DNA of 11,905 nucleotides from Octopus sinensis (lineage: Eukaryota): positions 1-11,905 of the forward strand of contig NW_021826762.1 in assembly GCF_006345805.1 (NCBI RefSeq), read 5' to 3'. Positions 8,346-11,905 of the stretch are shown here, piece by piece. Within the stretch, counting starts at the first letter, position 1, and every line of letters begins with the position of its first letter. The notes under the pieces are model-generated. The model did no database searches. It saw only the letters and a program-made list of their open reading frames with translations, and was not told the DNA's origin. A program made the translations under genes and the position numbers.

Positions 8346-8417
<72 letters not shown>
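8346..8417. repeat. (ATT)n tail microsatellite
   Basis: Direct reading; it accounts for the poly-Ile ORF. Confidence 0.95.
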
Positions 8418-8593
8418 GTTCAATTAGTAGTATTTTTATCACGTGCTTCCACTCCACTATCGAGCGCAGCTCTGTGTGTCTTGGGTATTTGCTGTGGTTT
8501 GTTGTGGTGCTTTTTTTTTCACTGTATTGAAAGTGTCTTATGTAAGGTGTGTACGATGTCTAGAGGCGCTATTTTCGGTATATTGTATATACT

Positions 8594-9318
8594 TGGTACC
8601 TAGAATGTCGTCAAGCGCTCTCAACCCTCTCCCAGTCGGGCAATGGGATCGATGGATGTTCCGATTTAGAAATTTATAGAGGATTAATGGCGGGGAAGTG
8701 CGATGACGTTCTCGGGGAGACTCTGGGCGCCGGCGAGAACGAACCGGCTAGTCTGTTCCGGAGGACGTTCCGGTCGGGAACTATCATAGATAATTTCCAG
8801 ATGGCCTTGGCCTGGCAGTGCTACGGGGAGCGCTACCGGTTCGAGATAAACTCTACAGGCATGGATGTGCTGTCAGACGCGCTTGTCAGAGGTGCGCGCA
8901 GAGTGACGAAAACGTTCTGCACGCCCTCGTTCAGTTCTGAGCATTGCTGACTTGTGGGGTTATGTCGAACAGCTGCTGTCACGTGTGGGACGGATCCGTC
9001 TGTCGGCCGAGTCTGTAGTGATGATCGCACCGCCGCCCTCCTTCAATCAGGCAGGCAAGGCCATTTTTGCTTTGCCAGGTGGCTGTGACGAAAGCGGTTA
9101 TTTGGTGGACAAGGTTGAAAGGTATGAGGACAGATATATTCCTCCTCGGTAGATCTGTCATTGACTTCTTCAAGTTCACTTGAAAAAGGAAATTGAGAGT
9201 GGAGAGGGAAGTGCTGTGCTCGAGTAAGTTTATGGAAAGGTGGGTGAAAGTTGCGAAAATGGCAAGAGTGGATGGTACCTTTCTAAGTGTAGACCTGTGC
9301 GTCGGTGGGGTTCCTTGA
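8594..9318 (+). pseudogene. Decayed LINE ORF2 fragment containing a zf-RVT-like zinc knuckle (C-x2-C-x8-H-x4-[C>F])
   Basis: The W..Y.GALPV..KL motif precedes Cys 8884, Cys 8893 and His 8920; the expected last Cys is TTC at 8935. There are frameshifts near 8824, 8940 and 9069, and an in-frame TGA near 9180. Confidence 0.8.
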
Positions 9319-9552
9319 GTATCCCTAAAGGCCTTCCTGTATCAGGAAGGCCACATCTCTATCATCCTCCCCGCCACTTTTTTTTTCAAACCCTTGTATG
9401 CTATGCATATGTCCCTTCTTTTTCAGTGTATACCGTCTATACTTTCCTTTTTTCCATTTTTATCATTTCATTATATGTAGACCTCAACACTTTATGCCTG
9501 TCTTTGTTTTGTCCCCCTCATTCTTCGCCCTTGTGGCATGTAAACGAAAATA
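8594..9552 (+). mobile_element. 5'-truncated non-LTR retrotransposon (L1/Tx1 clade): ORF2 C-terminus, 3' UTR and a (TTA/TTG)n tail running to about 9632
   Basis: GC-rich island. The stitched translation reads WYLECRQALSTL...IYRGLMAGKCDDVLGETLG...DNFQMALAWQCY/RGALPVRDKLYRHG...ACQRCAQSDENVLHALVQF/..LWGYVEQLLSRVG.../VIWWTRLKG...ERWVKVAKMARVDG. A pyrimidine-rich UTR and simple-repeat tail follow. Confidence 0.85.
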
Positions 9553-9698
9553 TTATTATCATTGTTGTTGTTGTTGCTACTTTTGTTGTTGTTGTTGTTA
9601 TTATTATTTTTATTATTATTATTATTATTATTGGCAGTAGGCCATTGAATAACTAAGAGTTACTCAAATATCTAGTGCAGTTTCGTACCAGGAAGGCG

Positions 9699-9829
<131 letters not shown>

Positions 9830-10194
9830 CAGCCCCCGCTGAGCGTCGCATTGAGTGGATGACTGGTTTAAGTGGGTAGCAAAATATAAGAGGCAGAGAC
9901 CACGGCAGAACGTGGCACGAGTGGAAATACCTAAATAATGTAAGCTAGTTGAGCGAGACAATGTAACATGAAGAGAATGATAGATATACAGATACAGAAA
10001 CGGGAGGAGAGAGAGAGAGAGAGAAGGGGGGACAGAGAGAGAGGATGATAATAAATAAACAAATAAACGAAACGAGAAAGTAAGTCTACTGAGAAACAGA
10101 CAGACATAACTACCTATTGTATTTGTATCATAAATGACAAGGGGATTACCCAAATTAAGTCTGGCTAAACGTATATCCTGTTATTTCATCTTCG

Positions 10195-10388
10195 CAACAC
10201 GCAAACACACATACGTACACAAACATACATACATGCACACACGCAGATGGAGACGAACGCGAACACAAACACACACCACACACACACACACACACACACG
10301 CGCACGAACACATAGACACACACAAACGAACACACGCACACATAAGCACACACACCTCACTGACAGGCAATAGCACTCGCTCACATGG

Positions 10389-10448
<60 letters not shown>
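10195..10448. repeat. Degenerate (CA)n followed by (TA)n (10390-10448)
   Basis: Direct reading. Confidence 0.85.
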
Positions 10449-10825
10449 GGGAGAGTTTACGAAAAAAACCAAAGACGAAGACAGGTGGTGTTAAAAATAC
10501 AAACAGATGTATTAGTATAACGCTCAGGAAAAGAAAAAGTCTTTTACGTTTCGAGCCTACGCTTTTCTACAGAAAGGGGCACAGAAAAAAAACAAGGAGA
10601 GAAACAAGGAGAGGAAAAAGAGGACGTATATATATATACGTATATATATATATCTGCTCGAAACGGTAACGACATCTGGTAACTTGACTGAGGAAAGAAG
10701 GCCACGAATGACCTGTCCTTTTTTTCCTTGACCTTCTTGATATTTTTTTCACCTGTCCGCCTTTGTATCGTCTATCTGTCCGAATGTTTTATTGACTTCT
10801 ATTGCATTTTTGTTCCATTTTATAA
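10449..10825 (-). mobile_element. Probable Penelope-like element terminal-repeat (pLTR) remnant inserted in (TA)n
   Basis: Contains a minimal hammerhead-like motif of the PLE type on the minus strand and an inverted copy of GCTCGAAACG. It is flanked by (TA)n. No RT or GIY-YIG coding sequence is present, so the PLE assignment is an inference. Confidence 0.5.
10541..10576 (-). ncRNA. Degenerate minimal type I hammerhead motif (PLE-type)
   Basis: The minus strand reads CUUU-CUGUAGA-A-AAGC-GUAG-GCUC-GAAA-CGU-A-AAAG. Stem I is CUUU/AAAG and stem III is the palindrome ACGU. It deviates from consensus at A6>U and has an A.C mismatch at the base of stem II. Confidence 0.5.
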
Positions 10826-10879
<54 letters not shown>

Positions 10880-10937
10880 CATACATACATACATACATAC
10901 AACTACATACATACATACACACATACATACATACATA
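10826..10937. repeat. (TA)n-(TACA)n microsatellite
   Basis: Direct reading. Confidence 0.95.
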
Positions 10938-10939
10938 TA

Positions 10940-11242
10940 AATAGGCTTTGGTATTAATATTGCTTCTGTGGCTATTAATTACTTTTTAATAAGCCCACAG
11001 GCTATTTGCGACACCAGTGCTTTAATAAACATTGACATTCTATATATAGCTAACAGAAGAATCAACTGCTATGTCTCAGTTGGGCATCTGTCACTGACGA
11101 GCCGAATGTTGGGTGAAATCACATGATCTCGCAGTGATGGTGGCCTTAGTGAACGGTTATCACTCATCAGCGATATAAACACGAGTCCTTTTATGCACTA
11201 CCACAAGTCCACATAAGAGATTCTCTCATCGTAAATAACATG
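10940..11242 (+). mobile_element. Hammerhead-bearing dispersed repeat (retrozyme-like), copy B
   Basis: Homologous to 4335-4625 at a constant offset of 6604 up to the hammerhead core. Confidence 0.75.
11085..11139 (+). ncRNA. Type I hammerhead ribozyme motif B
   Basis: CUGACGA 11094-11100; stem II GCC/GGU with loop GAAUGUUG; GAAA 11115-11118; stem III AUC-ACAU-GAU; AUC triplet with the cleavage-site C at 11128; stem I CAUCUGUCA with UCGCAG-UG-AUG (2-nt bulge, one C.C mismatch). Confidence 0.8.
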
Positions 11243-11773
11243 TATGTATCCACCACACACAGTTAGACTATTATATCAAAATAAATATAATTGACACTGA
11301 CGCATATACATATACGCATCGCGTGTATATGTATGTGTGTGTGAAAATTTAAAAAATCAAGCAGAATTAACAGTGAATAAGAGTAAAAGTTCTCCAAAAT
11401 TGACCTGCAATTAAGGAAAAGCCAGTCCAATTGCCTAGAAACAAGTGGGTAGCCGTTTAAATACGTGTTTCTACTTCAAAAAATGTCAACAGCACAACCG
11501 CAGACGGAGCCCTTACACGTATAAAAATGTAGAAATTAGCATAAATGAAACGGAAATATATTAAGAGGAACAACTAAGAGTAGTCAATGGTATGTGTCTA
11601 AACAACAAAAAATAATGATTTTGCTATGCTATATAAGCTTTTTAATTTCCAAACAATTTTCAGTGCTTCTAGAGAAATTAAAATATTATTTGGTTGTAAG
11701 TGATACCTCAACCCGCCACACACAACGTATATGTGCGCATGTCTATATGTAAATGTATGCGCACACATATTAT

Positions 11774-11905
11774 GGTATGCTTGACTTAGTGGTTAGGGTG
11801 TTGGACACATGATCGTAAGGATGTGGTTTCGATCCAGGACCGGGCGATGTGTTATGTTCTTGAGCAAAACACATCGTTTCACGTTTCTCCAGTCCTATCA
11901 GCAGG
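11774..11905 (+). mobile_element. tRNA-derived SINE, family 3 head, running off the window end
   Basis: A-box-like TGACTTAGTGG, B-box-like GGTTTCGATCC, then TTATGTTCTTGAGCAAAACAC...TTTCACGTT. The head is shared with 4891-5088 (minus strand). Confidence 0.85.

Noticed and set aside
11145-11170. Minus-strand CUGAUGA-GUGA(UAACCGU)UCAC, a possible antisense hammerhead beside motif B
   Set aside because: It is followed by UAAG rather than GAAA, has no stem III or stem I, and has no counterpart in copy A.

Overview
AT-rich, microsatellite-dense eukaryotic DNA, either intergenic or intronic. The SINE and microsatellite repertoire resembles, from recall, a coleoid cephalopod (Octopus-like) genome. 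I find no intact host protein-coding gene; most ORFs in the track are translations of simple repeats. The window holds about 10 tRNA-derived SINE copies or fragments from 4 apparent families, plus a 5'-truncated, frameshifted L1/Tx1-clade LINE ORF2 3' end with its UTR (8594-9552). Main findings: (1) Two diverged copies of a ~290-bp element (about 4335-4625 and 10940-11242, offset 6604) each carry a type I hammerhead ribozyme fold. Both have an intact catalytic core, different but paired stem II sequences and co-varying flanking hairpins, which suggests a retrozyme-like family. (2) A third, Penelope-type minimal hammerhead lies on the minus strand (10541-10576). (3) One SINE 3' tail is homologous to the 3' end of the L1/Tx1 LINE in the same window. 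(4) A SINE body contains a clean H-type pseudoknot. All alignments and folds were done by hand.
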